DNA from: Minisyncoccota bacterium
Lineage (GTDB): Bacteria > Patescibacteriota > Minisyncoccia > SW-4-49-11
Length of the DNA: 64,000 nt
Direction: 5' to 3'
Assembly (NCBI GenBank): GCA_032117235.1
Contig: JAULZW010000006.1
Coordinates: 2,532-66,531 of the forward strand
Positions 29,194 to 38,238 of the stretch are shown one piece after another; the stretch's first letter is position 1; each line of letters opens with the position of its first letter. Position numbers and translations under genes: made by a program. The notes beneath the pieces are model-generated. The model saw only the letters and a list, made by a program, of their open reading frames with translations. It did no database searches and was not told the origin of the DNA.

Positions 29194-29502
29194 ATGAGTA
29201 CAAAAAATTTATTCAAAGGATTAATAGCTGGACTTGCAATAGGAGGTTTATTAGGTATATTATTAGCTCCTAAATCAGGAAAGCAAGTGAGACATGATTT
29301 AAAAAAAGCTTATAAATCTACTAGTCAAGATGTGGCTAAAAGAATTAGTAGTATCGAAGACATCAGTAAGTCTCAATATGAGCAAATTGTAGAGGCTGTA
29401 GTAAATGAATATAAAAAATTAGATCCTATTACTAAGGAGCAGATAGATTCTTTAAAGTCGATATTGCAAAACAAGTGGTCTGAAACTGTGGATAAAAAGT
29501 AG
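29194..29502 (+). CDS. YtxH-family protein
   Basis: 'GLIAGLAIGGLLGILLAPKSGKQVRHDLKKA' is the YtxH signature. Confidence 0.55.
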   Translation: MSTKNLFKGLIAGLAIGGLLGILLAPKSGKQVRHDLKKAYKSTSQDVAKRISSIEDISKSQYEQIVEAVVNEYKKLDPITKEQIDSLKSILQNKWSETVDKK

Positions 29503-29571
29503 TAATTAAACTAAATGTTATTAATTGACAAAAGATAATAATAATTATATAATGTTTTATATAATTATTAT

Positions 29572-30195
29572 TTGAATATGGCTTATAATATATTGTATTG
29601 GCTTACCTTTTGGAAGTTTCATACAACTATGCAAATTTTTGTAAGGCAAACAGACATTCAGGGGGTAGAAAAGTTACAAGGAATACAATCTCCATTAATT
29701 CTAGTATCTAATCACAGAGGCAGGTTTGACGGTATTTGGATTTGGTATTATTTTGCTAAAATGAATAGGTCGAATCTTATATATATGAGAATTGTTACAG
29801 GTGAGAGTTTTTTTAGGATTCCAATTATAGGGTGGTATTTAAGACAAATGAAATGTTTTCCAGTTGAGAAGGGAAGAGGGGTTGATATATTAGACCCGAT
29901 GGTAGATGCTCTAAAAAAAGGTCAAATTGTAACTATATTCCCAGAAGGTAAAATGCAAAAAAAGCCTGGACATAAAGGTGATGCCAAAAGAGGGGTTGGA
30001 TATTTAATTTGGAAATCTAAGGTACCAGTTCTTCCAGTTTATATTAACTATATAAAAAGATATAAATATTTACCAATATGGGAAATGACTTTCAAAGTAG
30101 GAGATATTAAGCCATATAGTGTTAAGTCAGAAAATGAATTAAAAACTATCTCTGAGAAGGTGTTAGACTCAGTTTATAAATTAGCCGAAAATTAA
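29572..30195 (+). CDS. Lysophospholipid (1-acyl-glycerol-3-phosphate) acyltransferase, PlsC family
   Basis: 'VSNHRGRFDG' (HX4D) and 'IFPEGK' motifs. Confidence 0.7.
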   Translation: MNMAYNILYWLTFWKFHTTMQIFVRQTDIQGVEKLQGIQSPLILVSNHRGRFDGIWIWYYFAKMNRSNLIYMRIVTGESFFRIPIIGWYLRQMKCFPVEKGRGVDILDPMVDALKKGQIVTIFPEGKMQKKPGHKGDAKRGVGYLIWKSKVPVLPVYINYIKRYKYLPIWEMTFKVGDIKPYSVKSENELKTISEKVLDSVYKLAEN

Positions 30196-30277
30196 ATTTT
30201 TAGTTTTATATATTATATCTATTGGAAAAGATATATAAAATATGATATTATTTAAATCAATAGTATAAGAATAAATT

Positions 30278-31669
30278 ATGAGTATTATAGCTACTACTAA
30301 TCTAGTTGGACAAGAAGTTGATATTGTTGGATGGGTAGATACCAAAAGAGATCATGGCAAAATTGCTTTTATAGATTTGAGAGATAGAACAGCTAAAGTA
30401 CAAGTGGTTTTAGTTCCTGCTAGTCTTGATGAAAAATCAAAAGCTTTAATGTCAGAAATTAGACCAGAATGGGTATTAAAAATTCATGGTTTGGTTAAAT
30501 CTAGACCAGAAAGATTAATAAACCCTGATTTAGCTACTGGAACTATTGAAATAGAAGCTTTGTTGATTGAGGTTTTAAATACTGCGATTACGCCGTTTTT
30601 CCCTTTGGAGCAAGATAAGAATGAAATTAGCGAAGAATTGAGATTACAGTATAGATATTTGGATTTAAGAAGGCCGTCTATGTACAATAATCTTCTTAAA
30701 AGACATAAAGTGAATCAATTTGTGAGAAATTTTTTAGATAAAGAAGGTTTTATTGAAGTTGAAACTCCAATTTTGACTAAATCTACTCCAGAAGGGGCTA
30801 GAGACTTTATTGTACCATCAAGACATCAAGCCGGTAGTTTTTATGCTCTTCCTCAATCTCCACAACAGTATAAGCAATTGCTTATGGCTGGAGGGGTTGA
30901 AAAATATTTCCAAATTGCTAGATGTTTTAGAGATGAAGATACTCGCAAGGATAGACAGCCAGAATTTACTCAGCTTGATATGGAAATGAGTTTTGTTACT
31001 GAAGAAGATGTAATGAGTTTGAATGAAAAGCTTTTAATAGATTTAGTACAAGCTATTTATCCAGAGAAAAAAATTCAATCTATTCCTTTCCCTAGAATTA
31101 GTTATGCTGAGGCTATGGAGAAATATGGTAATGATAGGCCAGATATTAGAGATGATAAAGAGAATGAGAATTTATTAGCCTTTTGTTGGATTGTAGATTT
31201 TCCACAATTTGAAAAAACCGATGAGGGGAATTGGACCTTTTCACATAATCCTTTTTCTGCACCTAAACAAGAATATATGGAAAACTTGTTGGCAAAGCAT
31301 GATATTGATAATATTATTTCCACGCAATATGATATTGTATTAAATGGATTTGAAATTGGAGGTGGAAGTATTCGTAATCATAGACCAGAAGCTCTAAGAA
31401 AAGTTCTAGAAATAATTGGCTATGAGGGAGAAATTATGGATAGTTCTTTTGGACATATTTTAACAGCTCTATCTTCAGGCACTCCTCCTCATGGAGGTAT
31501 TGCTTGGGGACTAGATAGGTTATTAGCAGTATTACAGAATGAATCTAGTATTAGAGAGGTGATTGCTTTTCCAAAAACAGGAGATGCTCACGATCCGATG
31601 ATGCAATCTCCAAGCCCAGTATCAATAGAACAATTGTTAGAGTTAGGAATCGGTGTTAAAAAACAATAG
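30278..31669 (+). CDS. aspS: Aspartate--tRNA ligase (short form without the large insertion domain)
   Basis: 463 aa. Class II motifs 'FQIARCFRDEDTRKDRQPEFTQLDMEMSF' and 'GGGSIRNH' are present, with an N-terminal OB fold. Confidence 0.8.
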   Translation: MSIIATTNLVGQEVDIVGWVDTKRDHGKIAFIDLRDRTAKVQVVLVPASLDEKSKALMSEIRPEWVLKIHGLVKSRPERLINPDLATGTIEIEALLIEVLNTAITPFFPLEQDKNEISEELRLQYRYLDLRRPSMYNNLLKRHKVNQFVRNFLDKEGFIEVETPILTKSTPEGARDFIVPSRHQAGSFYALPQSPQQYKQLLMAGGVEKYFQIARCFRDEDTRKDRQPEFTQLDMEMSFVTEEDVMSLNEKLLIDLVQAIYPEKKIQSIPFPRISYAEAMEKYGNDRPDIRDDKENENLLAFCWIVDFPQFEKTDEGNWTFSHNPFSAPKQEYMENLLAKHDIDNIISTQYDIVLNGFEIGGGSIRNHRPEALRKVLEIIGYEGEIMDSSFGHILTALSSGTPPHGGIAWGLDRLLAVLQNESSIREVIAFPKTGDAHDPMMQSPSPVSIEQLLELGIGVKKQ

Positions 31670-31698
31670 TTGACTATAATAGGTATTATTGGTACAAT
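31670..31698 (+). promoter_or_regulatory. Sigma70-like promoter for tRNA-Pro (TTGACT-N17-TACAAT)
   Basis: -35 TTGACT at 31670-31675 and -10 TACAAT at 31693-31698, about 14 nt upstream of the tRNA start. Confidence 0.45.
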
Positions 31699-31711
31699 GG
31701 TATAACTTATG

Positions 31712-31784
31712 CGGGAAGTGGCGCAATGGCTAGCGCACCTGGTTTGGGACCAGGGGGCTGCAGGTTCGAGTCCTGTCTTCCCGA
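31712..31784 (+). tRNA. tRNA-Pro (anticodon TGG)
   Basis: Acceptor CGGGAAG/CTTCCCG, D-arm GCGC/GCGC, anticodon loop TTTGGGA, T-arm GCAGG-TTCGAGT-CCTGT. Confidence 0.85.
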
Positions 31785-32041
31785 CACTGATTTTATATTA
31801 TATGCAGTATATTAGTTTTTGACTTTATATACAATTTATAATATAATTTATATTGAAATATTAAATACACATCCAATATGAATCCTCAAGATACTGACAC
31901 AGTTACAAAGATAACCATAGAAGACATTAGTTCTCACCAAACAGAACCTGTGGAAGTAACTCATAAAGCAGAAGCAGAGATGAGACCAGAACGAGAAAAC
32001 GCTATCAAAATACCTTTAGACAATGTAAGTAAGAAATAGTT

Positions 32042-32716
32042 ATGTTAACTCAAGAACAAGTCAAGATACTTGTGGAGAATAATTACACTGAAGAGGAAAT
32101 TTATTTAGATTTATTACAAAAAGGATTTAAGGTTAGAGAAATTGAACTAGAACTTAAATTAGCTACTAGAAAAAAATTAGATATACAGTCCAGAGTTATT
32201 ACACTTATTATATTATTCGGTTCAATTTCAATTGGATTAGCAGCAGTTAGCTTTATAGCTTCTGGCTGGGATGTCTTTGGAGATTTTGGAAAAATTGCAA
32301 TCATTTGTTCTAGCTTATTATTATCCTACATAGGAGCGATTTATACTAAATCTATTGGCTTATCAAGAGTATATAACGGATTGTTATTATTAGCTCAGTT
32401 AATATTTGGAGCTGGAATATTTTTGATTGGGGAAATAGTAAATATTAAAATTGCTTTTCAGATTAGCTTTTTGGTTTGGGCAATCGGAGTTGTTTGTGCA
32501 AGTTATCTATTGAAATCAAATATATTGAGATGGTTTATGTTGATTTTAATCCTATTCTCTATATTTGGTATACCTGAATTTTTTTATACTTATGACTGGT
32601 ATAGAATAGATTATAATATATATGCAATTTTGGGACTTATATTATCTTTTGAAATATTTTATTATGTATTTATTAAATTCAAAAATATAGATTATTCTAA
32701 ATATTTATATGATTAA
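32042..32716 (+). CDS. Hypothetical polytopic membrane protein (first of a three-gene membrane set)
   Basis: 224 aa with about six TM helices. Confidence 0.4.
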   Translation: MLTQEQVKILVENNYTEEEIYLDLLQKGFKVREIELELKLATRKKLDIQSRVITLIILFGSISIGLAAVSFIASGWDVFGDFGKIAIICSSLLLSYIGAIYTKSIGLSRVYNGLLLLAQLIFGAGIFLIGEIVNIKIAFQISFLVWAIGVVCASYLLKSNILRWFMLILILFSIFGIPEFFYTYDWYRIDYNIYAILGLILSFEIFYYVFIKFKNIDYSKYLYD

Positions 32717-32721
32717 ATAAT

Positions 32722-33810
32722 ATGGCGATATTTTCAATTTTATTAGTAATTATAATTTTTATAGCTATAATATATACAATTATAGTATTGGTCAGAGGAG
32801 TTAATATTAGAAAAAATTTTGCTGACAACATCTTTCATATAGCAATATCCTATGAAGATTTATTCAGACAATTATTGTTAGTATTTGCTTTTATTGTGGG
32901 TATTACAGCCTTATATGCTGGATTTAATTCATTAGGAATTGAACTTGGTTGGTATTGGTTTTCTACAATTGGAGGAATATTGTTAACTTATACAGGCTAT
33001 AAGCAACATAGTCCTATTACATTTATTATTGGACTATTGATGATAGTAGTAGGAATTACCTTTGGTGGCTATGAAGTAGCATCCAATCATAAAATAGATA
33101 AAGGACTTACCTTTATATCGGCTTTTCTAATTTTCACCTCTTTTTATGGATTATCTATTAGCTTCTTTAATAATATTAGATCAAAGAGGTATTATACAAT
33201 TTTGAATTTATTAGGAATATTAGGCTTAGGGGGAATTACTTTTTTCTTAGGTTCATTTGGTTCAAGAGAAGTTTGGGGATATATTTCCAATAGTCAAGAC
33301 TCGGTAATTTGGAGTAATGTCAAAACAGGGTTGATTTTAGCTGGAGTAATAGGTTTATTTATAATCAGCTATATTAAGTCTATATCATATTTTAGTAAAA
33401 ATTTATATCAACTAGTCCTTACAGGAGTTGGGGTGATAGGTGCTAGTTTAGTTTTAGTATTGCCAAATATATCATTATTATATGACTATAATAATACCTA
33501 TTCCTATACTCAAAATGATTGGGCTCAGAAAAATTTAGAAATATTCCCACATATTATATCGATGAATATTTTATTTTTAATAGGAGTTTTATGGCTTTTG
33601 TATAGTGCTTATAAATTAAAAGAAATTTGGAGATTGAATTTGAGTATTTTAGCTTTATTTATATTTATATTAGTCAGGTATTTTGATTGGGTTGAAAGAA
33701 CAGAATTAGATAGAAGTTTATTTTTCTTAAGTTTAGGGGTTGTATTCTTGACTGCAGGTTGGGTATTAGAAAGATTAAGAAAAAATATATTAGCTAGTAT
33801 AGATAATTAG
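32722..33810 (+). CDS. Hypothetical polytopic membrane protein (second of the set)
   Basis: 362 aa with about ten TM helices. Confidence 0.4.
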   Translation: MAIFSILLVIIIFIAIIYTIIVLVRGVNIRKNFADNIFHIAISYEDLFRQLLLVFAFIVGITALYAGFNSLGIELGWYWFSTIGGILLTYTGYKQHSPITFIIGLLMIVVGITFGGYEVASNHKIDKGLTFISAFLIFTSFYGLSISFFNNIRSKRYYTILNLLGILGLGGITFFLGSFGSREVWGYISNSQDSVIWSNVKTGLILAGVIGLFIISYIKSISYFSKNLYQLVLTGVGVIGASLVLVLPNISLLYDYNNTYSYTQNDWAQKNLEIFPHIISMNILFLIGVLWLLYSAYKLKEIWRLNLSILALFIFILVRYFDWVERTELDRSLFFLSLGVVFLTAGWVLERLRKNILASIDN

Positions 33811-33811
33811 T

Positions 33812-34399
33812 ATGAAAAATAAGAATTTAATTATAATATTTATACTACAACTAGTTATTATATTAGGACTGTTTGCTTATTTTTATAATAGAGACAAAAA
33901 AGACTTTTCAATAGTGTATTTATCAATAGTAAGTTCAGAAAATAATAGTAATAAATTAAAATATGACATCAATGAAATAGATGAATATCTTTTTCAAAAT
34001 AATGGGTATCAGCAGAATGAGTCTGAAATAGATAATAAAGCAAACTTAAATCTAAAAGTAGGGGATACAGTCTATGTGAAATTAGATCAATCTAGTGGCC
34101 GAACAACCTCTATGACTTTAGCTACTAATGATTTTAAATCTATCAACTCTCATACCTATTATGAATATGAGGATATGGAGAAAAAGCCTTTTATTATAGG
34201 TACAATAGTAGAAATTAAAGCAGGAGAGCAACAAGGGGATTCAAATAAATATAGAATAGAATATGGTATAGAAGAAGGTGAGTTTGTGGCAGGTAATCTT
34301 GCAGGAGCAGTAGCTAAAGTTAAAATAAATTCTCAGGGAAAATCCACTTTACTAGAGGTTTATCAGGATAATAAAGTTATTTATAAATCTCTTGAATAA
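33812..34399 (+). CDS. GDYXXLXY-domain-like protein (third of the set)
   Basis: N-terminal TM helix. 'VGDTVYVKL' and 'RIEYGIEEGEFVAG' resemble the GDYXXLXY family 'YGIESYFVxEG' pattern. The gene spacing is tight (start overlaps the previous stop). Confidence 0.4.
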   Translation: MKNKNLIIIFILQLVIILGLFAYFYNRDKKDFSIVYLSIVSSENNSNKLKYDINEIDEYLFQNNGYQQNESEIDNKANLNLKVGDTVYVKLDQSSGRTTSMTLATNDFKSINSHTYYEYEDMEKKPFIIGTIVEIKAGEQQGDSNKYRIEYGIEEGEFVAGNLAGAVAKVKINSQGKSTLLEVYQDNKVIYKSLE

Positions 34400-35582
34400 A
34401 ATCATAAGTTTGCTTGGCAATAGCTTGATATGAAAATTTATTTTTAGCTCTTTGTTGTGCTAACTTTGATAATTTTTCATATTTATTTTTATTAGTATAA
34501 GCTTCTATTAAAGCCTTTCTAATATATTGAATGTTTTTTTCTGGGACTATATACCCAGTATCTCCTACCACTAAAGGTATAGCACCACTATCTGAGCCAA
34601 TCACAGGAGTCCCAGCTGCCATAGACTCTACTAATACTCGTCCAAACTGCTCTTTCCAAATAGGAGTAGTATGTGAGAGTAATAGAGAAATATTGAATAA
34701 TTGAAAATAGGCAGGAATTTCTTCAAAGGGGATAGCATTTTTGAATATGACAATATCATCAAGTTTTAATGTCTGTACCAGTTGTTTGATTTGATTTACA
34801 TATTCTGTATCTCCATTCCCAATAATAATGAGTTTAGTATTATCTTTATTCCAACCCTCAAAAGCATAAATCATATCCTCAATACCTTTTTCTGGTATAA
34901 TTCTCCCAATATAGCCATACACAAAGGTATTATCATCAAGCCCCAAATCTACTCTTATTGACTGTAATTGTGGTGAATTATGAGCAAAGCGATTATAATC
35001 AACGCCAAGTTGGGGAAGTGTCCCTCTTTTCCCTTTAAACCCTAGCCCATCAATACGATTTTCAAAATCTTGCCATACACCAGGAAGTTGAAATATAAGT
35101 CCATCTAGTTTTGAAATAACATATTTTTCAATGAAATGAAAGGATGTATAGCGAAATTTTTGATAGAGAGTTTCTGCCTCTTTTTCCCAAATATGACACA
35201 TATTTTCACAAGAAAGTAATATTAATTTGGTGTGAGGGAAGAATTTTTTTGTAATATAAGTCACTTGAGCAGCAATTTGAGTCCAATATTCCTCTTCCAA
35301 AAGTATAATATCTGGATTAAGAGATTGTAGAGTTGATTTGAGGTTTTTGAATACAAAAAAATTGAGTTTCCCCGTAAAATATCCCGATAATATAATATGG
35401 TGATATTGTTTACCTGTATATTGCTCAGCATATACTTTTTGACCACCACCTTCTAATCCAAATTCCGGTGTAATGAGGGTGATATTGAGATCATGATATT
35501 CTGATAAAGCTTCAACTTTAGCTCTATAGGCAGAATAGACATAGGCATGAGATATAATTACTAAGTTTAATTTATTTTGCAT
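34377..35582 (-). CDS. Glycosyltransferase family 4 (GT-B)
   Basis: 'RIIPEKGIEDMIYAF...LIIIGNGD' and 'ESMAAGTPVIGSDSGAIPLVV' match the GT1/GT4 C-domain. Confidence 0.75.
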   Translation of the reverse strand: MQNKLNLVIISHAYVYSAYRAKVEALSEYHDLNITLITPEFGLEGGGQKVYAEQYTGKQYHHIILSGYFTGKLNFFVFKNLKSTLQSLNPDIILLEEEYWTQIAAQVTYITKKFFPHTKLILLSCENMCHIWEKEAETLYQKFRYTSFHFIEKYVISKLDGLIFQLPGVWQDFENRIDGLGFKGKRGTLPQLGVDYNRFAHNSPQLQSIRVDLGLDDNTFVYGYIGRIIPEKGIEDMIYAFEGWNKDNTKLIIIGNGDTEYVNQIKQLVQTLKLDDIVIFKNAIPFEEIPAYFQLFNISLLLSHTTPIWKEQFGRVLVESMAAGTPVIGSDSGAIPLVVGDTGYIVPEKNIQYIRKALIEAYTNKNKYEKLSKLAQQRAKNKFSYQAIAKQTYDFIQEIYK

Positions 35583-35606
35583 ATTTGCTAATGATAAAGA
35601 ATATAA

Positions 35607-36005
35607 TTATTTCCAATTAAGATAAGTAATAGATAGTTGTAGAGCTGTCGCAATACAAACCCAGATTAGATAAGGAATTTGCATCAAAGCCACCCATTTC
35701 ATAGAAGGCCAAATAGCAAAAATTGCCCAAATAATCGTAGCTAATAATAAAACAATATCTATAGCCCCTAGCAAATTATTTCGAAGCCCAAATTGGAGAG
35801 GACTAAAAGCAATATTAAAGACAATATTCAAAATAAAAGGAAAAGCTACCGTCCAACTAATTTTACCATTTATAGCCTTATAAAATACCGCACTAAAAGA
35901 TATGAAAATCAGAATATACAATACAGACCAAACATTCCCAAACAACCAAGTAGGTGGAGCCCAAGAGGGTTTTATCAATTCCTCATACCAATTAGAAGTA
36001 TTCAT
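35607..36005 (-). CDS. tspO: TspO/MBR family tryptophan-rich membrane protein
   Basis: 'LIKPSWAPPTWLFGNVWSVLYIL' together with Trp-rich TM helices. Confidence 0.8.
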   Translation of the reverse strand: MNTSNWYEELIKPSWAPPTWLFGNVWSVLYILIFISFSAVFYKAINGKISWTVAFPFILNIVFNIAFSPLQFGLRNNLLGAIDIVLLLATIIWAIFAIWPSMKWVALMQIPYLIWVCIATALQLSITYLNWK

Positions 36006-36074
36006 AAGTTATTTTTAGTTTATATTTTTTAGTATAGCATAGTTTGGGGGTAGTACATACTTAATATTACTAAT

Positions 36075-37052
36075 CTAAAATAAACTTGGTACTTTAATTT
36101 TATTATCTAATCTTTTTTCTGCAATTTTAAAATAATCTTGATCAAGTTCATATCCTATAAATTTTCTTTTTAACTCTATACAAGCCACTCCTGTTGACCC
36201 ACTTCCCATAAAAGGGTCTAAAATAATATGTTCATCGAATGTTATTAGTTTTACTAAATGGTGCATCAATTCAATAGGTTTTAGTGTGGGGTGAAAATTA
36301 AAATCTTCTTTATTTTGTCTTACTTTTGGTACTAAAAAAAATTTATCATATCCATCTTTAAATTCATCAGTTCTTATTATATTTGCTGGAACTCTACCTT
36401 TTTCGTGGGGGTTATGTCCTACTTTACCTTCATTTTCAGCATAAGGTAGTCTTGTATTTTCAAAATTTAATGCTCCAGTACCATATTTAATTATATTTTG
36501 AGCAACATTTAAACCTTTTTCTAAGGGCTTTTGTATTAAAATGATTGGTTCATATGCTGGCTTTAATCCTAATCCTGCCCCATTATATCTTTTACCCAAT
36601 TCTGAAATAGGAGATAATTTATGTTTCTCACCTACTTTATAATTATCAGCACCATTTTTTTTATATCCTTGAACATATTTATATCGTCCAACTTTTTTAC
36701 TTTCAATATTAAGTTCTGAATCTATCAACAAGCCAACATTTCTACTTTTTGGCATTCCATTTAAATAAGACCAAAATAATACATCTTTGATTAAAAAGCC
36801 ACTATCTTCTAAATCAACCATTAACCTATGCATTAATCTAACAGAACTAAAAACCAAACCAAAACCACCTGGTTTAATTTTTTTAAAACTATTATTCCAT
36901 ATTTCTTTACTGGGTAAATCTTTATCCCAATAATTATTTTGGTATGAAATACCATAAGGAGGATCAGTTATTATTGAATCAATATAATTATCCTCTATAT
37001 CTTCTAGTAAATATGAGTTTTTATTATAAATTTGAAACATGTTAAACATCAT
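36075..37052 (-). CDS. DNA methyltransferase (beta-class N6-adenine / N4-cytosine; motif IV precedes motif I)
   Basis: 'IITDPPYGISY' (motif IV) is followed near the C-terminus by 'ILDPFMGSGSTGVAC' (motif I). Confidence 0.85.
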   Translation of the reverse strand: MMFNMFQIYNKNSYLLEDIEDNYIDSIITDPPYGISYQNNYWDKDLPSKEIWNNSFKKIKPGGFGLVFSSVRLMHRLMVDLEDSGFLIKDVLFWSYLNGMPKSRNVGLLIDSELNIESKKVGRYKYVQGYKKNGADNYKVGEKHKLSPISELGKRYNGAGLGLKPAYEPIILIQKPLEKGLNVAQNIIKYGTGALNFENTRLPYAENEGKVGHNPHEKGRVPANIIRTDEFKDGYDKFFLVPKVRQNKEDFNFHPTLKPIELMHHLVKLITFDEHIILDPFMGSGSTGVACIELKRKFIGYELDQDYFKIAEKRLDNKIKVPSLF

Positions 37053-37662
37053 TAATGCTCAAAATATCATCTATTGTTAAATATTTTGATATATTTCTTT
37101 TATAATTTATTAATAATTTATATACAAAATCTTTTTTCTTATCTGGTGGAACAATAACATTAAATTTATACTCTTGAATCATTTTTTCTATTCCAATATT
37201 TTGGGTTGAGCGAGTACTTGTATTGGCAACAGCTTTTACTCTTTCCAGTAAATATTTCCCTAAAGCTACATGTTGCCCATATATAATAAATTGTAAATCT
37301 ACAGCTCCTTTCCATACTCCAACAGCTGTAAACAATCTTTTATCACTAAAAGCTATAGCTTTTTCTTCACTTGTATCATTCCATGTTCCACCCAATCTTT
37401 TAGAAAAAACACTACATTGTTTTACCTCAAGAAATTTACCAGTTTTTGAGCTCTTACCGTCAAAGCCATGTTTATTGAAATTTAACAAATCATATCCTAA
37501 ATAATTACCAACAATAGAATCTCTTATTTCATTTATTGTTGTATCAGTATCATAAGACTTAAATTCATTTTGAAATTTAGTTAATTCTTCTAATGCAAGA
37601 ATTCCTTTCGTTCTAAAGGAATATGGGATTGGTCTATAATCACCTTTTTTAAAAATATTCAT
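37042..37662 (-). CDS. Candidate restriction endonuclease (PD-(D/E)xK-like) partner of the methyltransferase
   Basis: It overlaps the MTase start by 11 nt. 'HGFDGKSSKTGKFLEVKQ' gives a D...E-V-K arrangement. The tracked ORF extends to 37716, but that part overlaps a tRNA-derived repeat, so the Met at 37662 is preferred. Confidence 0.45.
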   Translation of the reverse strand: MNIFKKGDYRPIPYSFRTKGILALEELTKFQNEFKSYDTDTTINEIRDSIVGNYLGYDLLNFNKHGFDGKSSKTGKFLEVKQCSVFSKRLGGTWNDTSEEKAIAFSDKRLFTAVGVWKGAVDLQFIIYGQHVALGKYLLERVKAVANTSTRSTQNIGIEKMIQEYKFNVIVPPDKKKDFVYKLLINYKRNISKYLTIDDILSINDV

Positions 37663-37692
37663 AATATTTTTTAGTATACATAAAACAATTTG

Positions 37693-37711
37693 GCGGAAGT
37701 GAGAGGATTCG
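37693..37711 (-). repeat. 19-nt direct repeat of the tRNA-Ser(TGA) 3' end (att-like)
   Basis: 'gcggaagtgagaggattcg' at 37693-37711 matches 37899-37917. The roughly 190-bp interval between the copies has acceptor-like pairing (GAAGTGA...TCACTTCC), like a degraded tRNA copy. Confidence 0.6.
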
Positions 37712-37899
37712 GTCACAAGTAATTTTCCTGACGGAAAATTCTCGCGACCCCGTCTCGCTGTGTTCGCCTTGTGCTTCGCACAAACTCACACTGGGCTGCG
37801 ACTTTCTCATCCCCACGGGAGCAATGCTATTGCTCTCTGTCACTTCTTCAAATATTATTTTTATCTTTTGGCATAAATACCAAAAGATAAAAATATATG

Positions 37900-37986
37900 C
37901 GGAAGTGAGAGGATTCGAACCTCTGGTAGGGGTAAACCTACAACAGTTTTCAAGACTGCCGCCTTCAACCGCTCAGCCACACTTCC
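37900..37986 (-). tRNA. tRNA-Ser (anticodon TGA), type II
   Basis: Minus-strand read: GGAAGTG acceptor, anticodon loop CTTGAAA, long variable arm, T-arm AGAGG-TTCGAAT-CCTCT, discriminator G. Confidence 0.9.
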
Positions 37987-38050
37987 ATTTATAAAATTTA
38001 TTATATCATATTTATGCACTTTTGTACATACTATATATAGAGTCTTAAAA

Positions 38051-38156
38051 TTCCCCTCTTGAGGGGTGTACAGCTTTGCTGGACGGGGTGGATAAAACAT
38101 AAACTAAAACTATATCCACCTCCGGCACTCCGTGCCACCTCCTCCAAAGGAGGACA
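38051..38156. repeat. Partial copy (module B) of the GC-rich hairpin element
   Basis: CCCCTC-tt-GAGGGG, GGATAAAA...TATCC, GGCAC-tcc-GTGCC (compensatory versus GGCC-tgac-GGCC at 11.8 kb) and CCTCC-aaa-GGAGG. It abuts the 5' side of tRNA-Ser(TGA). Confidence 0.45.
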
Positions 38157-38238
38157 ATGTTTTATACTAATTTGTTATTAGATTATTATATTAGATATAA
38201 AGTATGCTATAATATTCATAGAATTTAATATAAAATTT

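Noticed and set aside
31878-32039. A 53-codon ORF (MNPQDTDTVTKITIEDISSHQ...) just upstream of the 32042 membrane gene
   Set aside because: It is possibly a real small protein, but it falls below the ORF-track threshold and has no motif, SD or conservation evidence from sequence alone.
37649-38100. Tracked ORFs 37649-37843 (-) and 37861-38100 (-)
   Set aside because: They overlap the tRNA-Ser(TGA) gene, its 3' direct repeat and module B, so they are not credible coding sequences.
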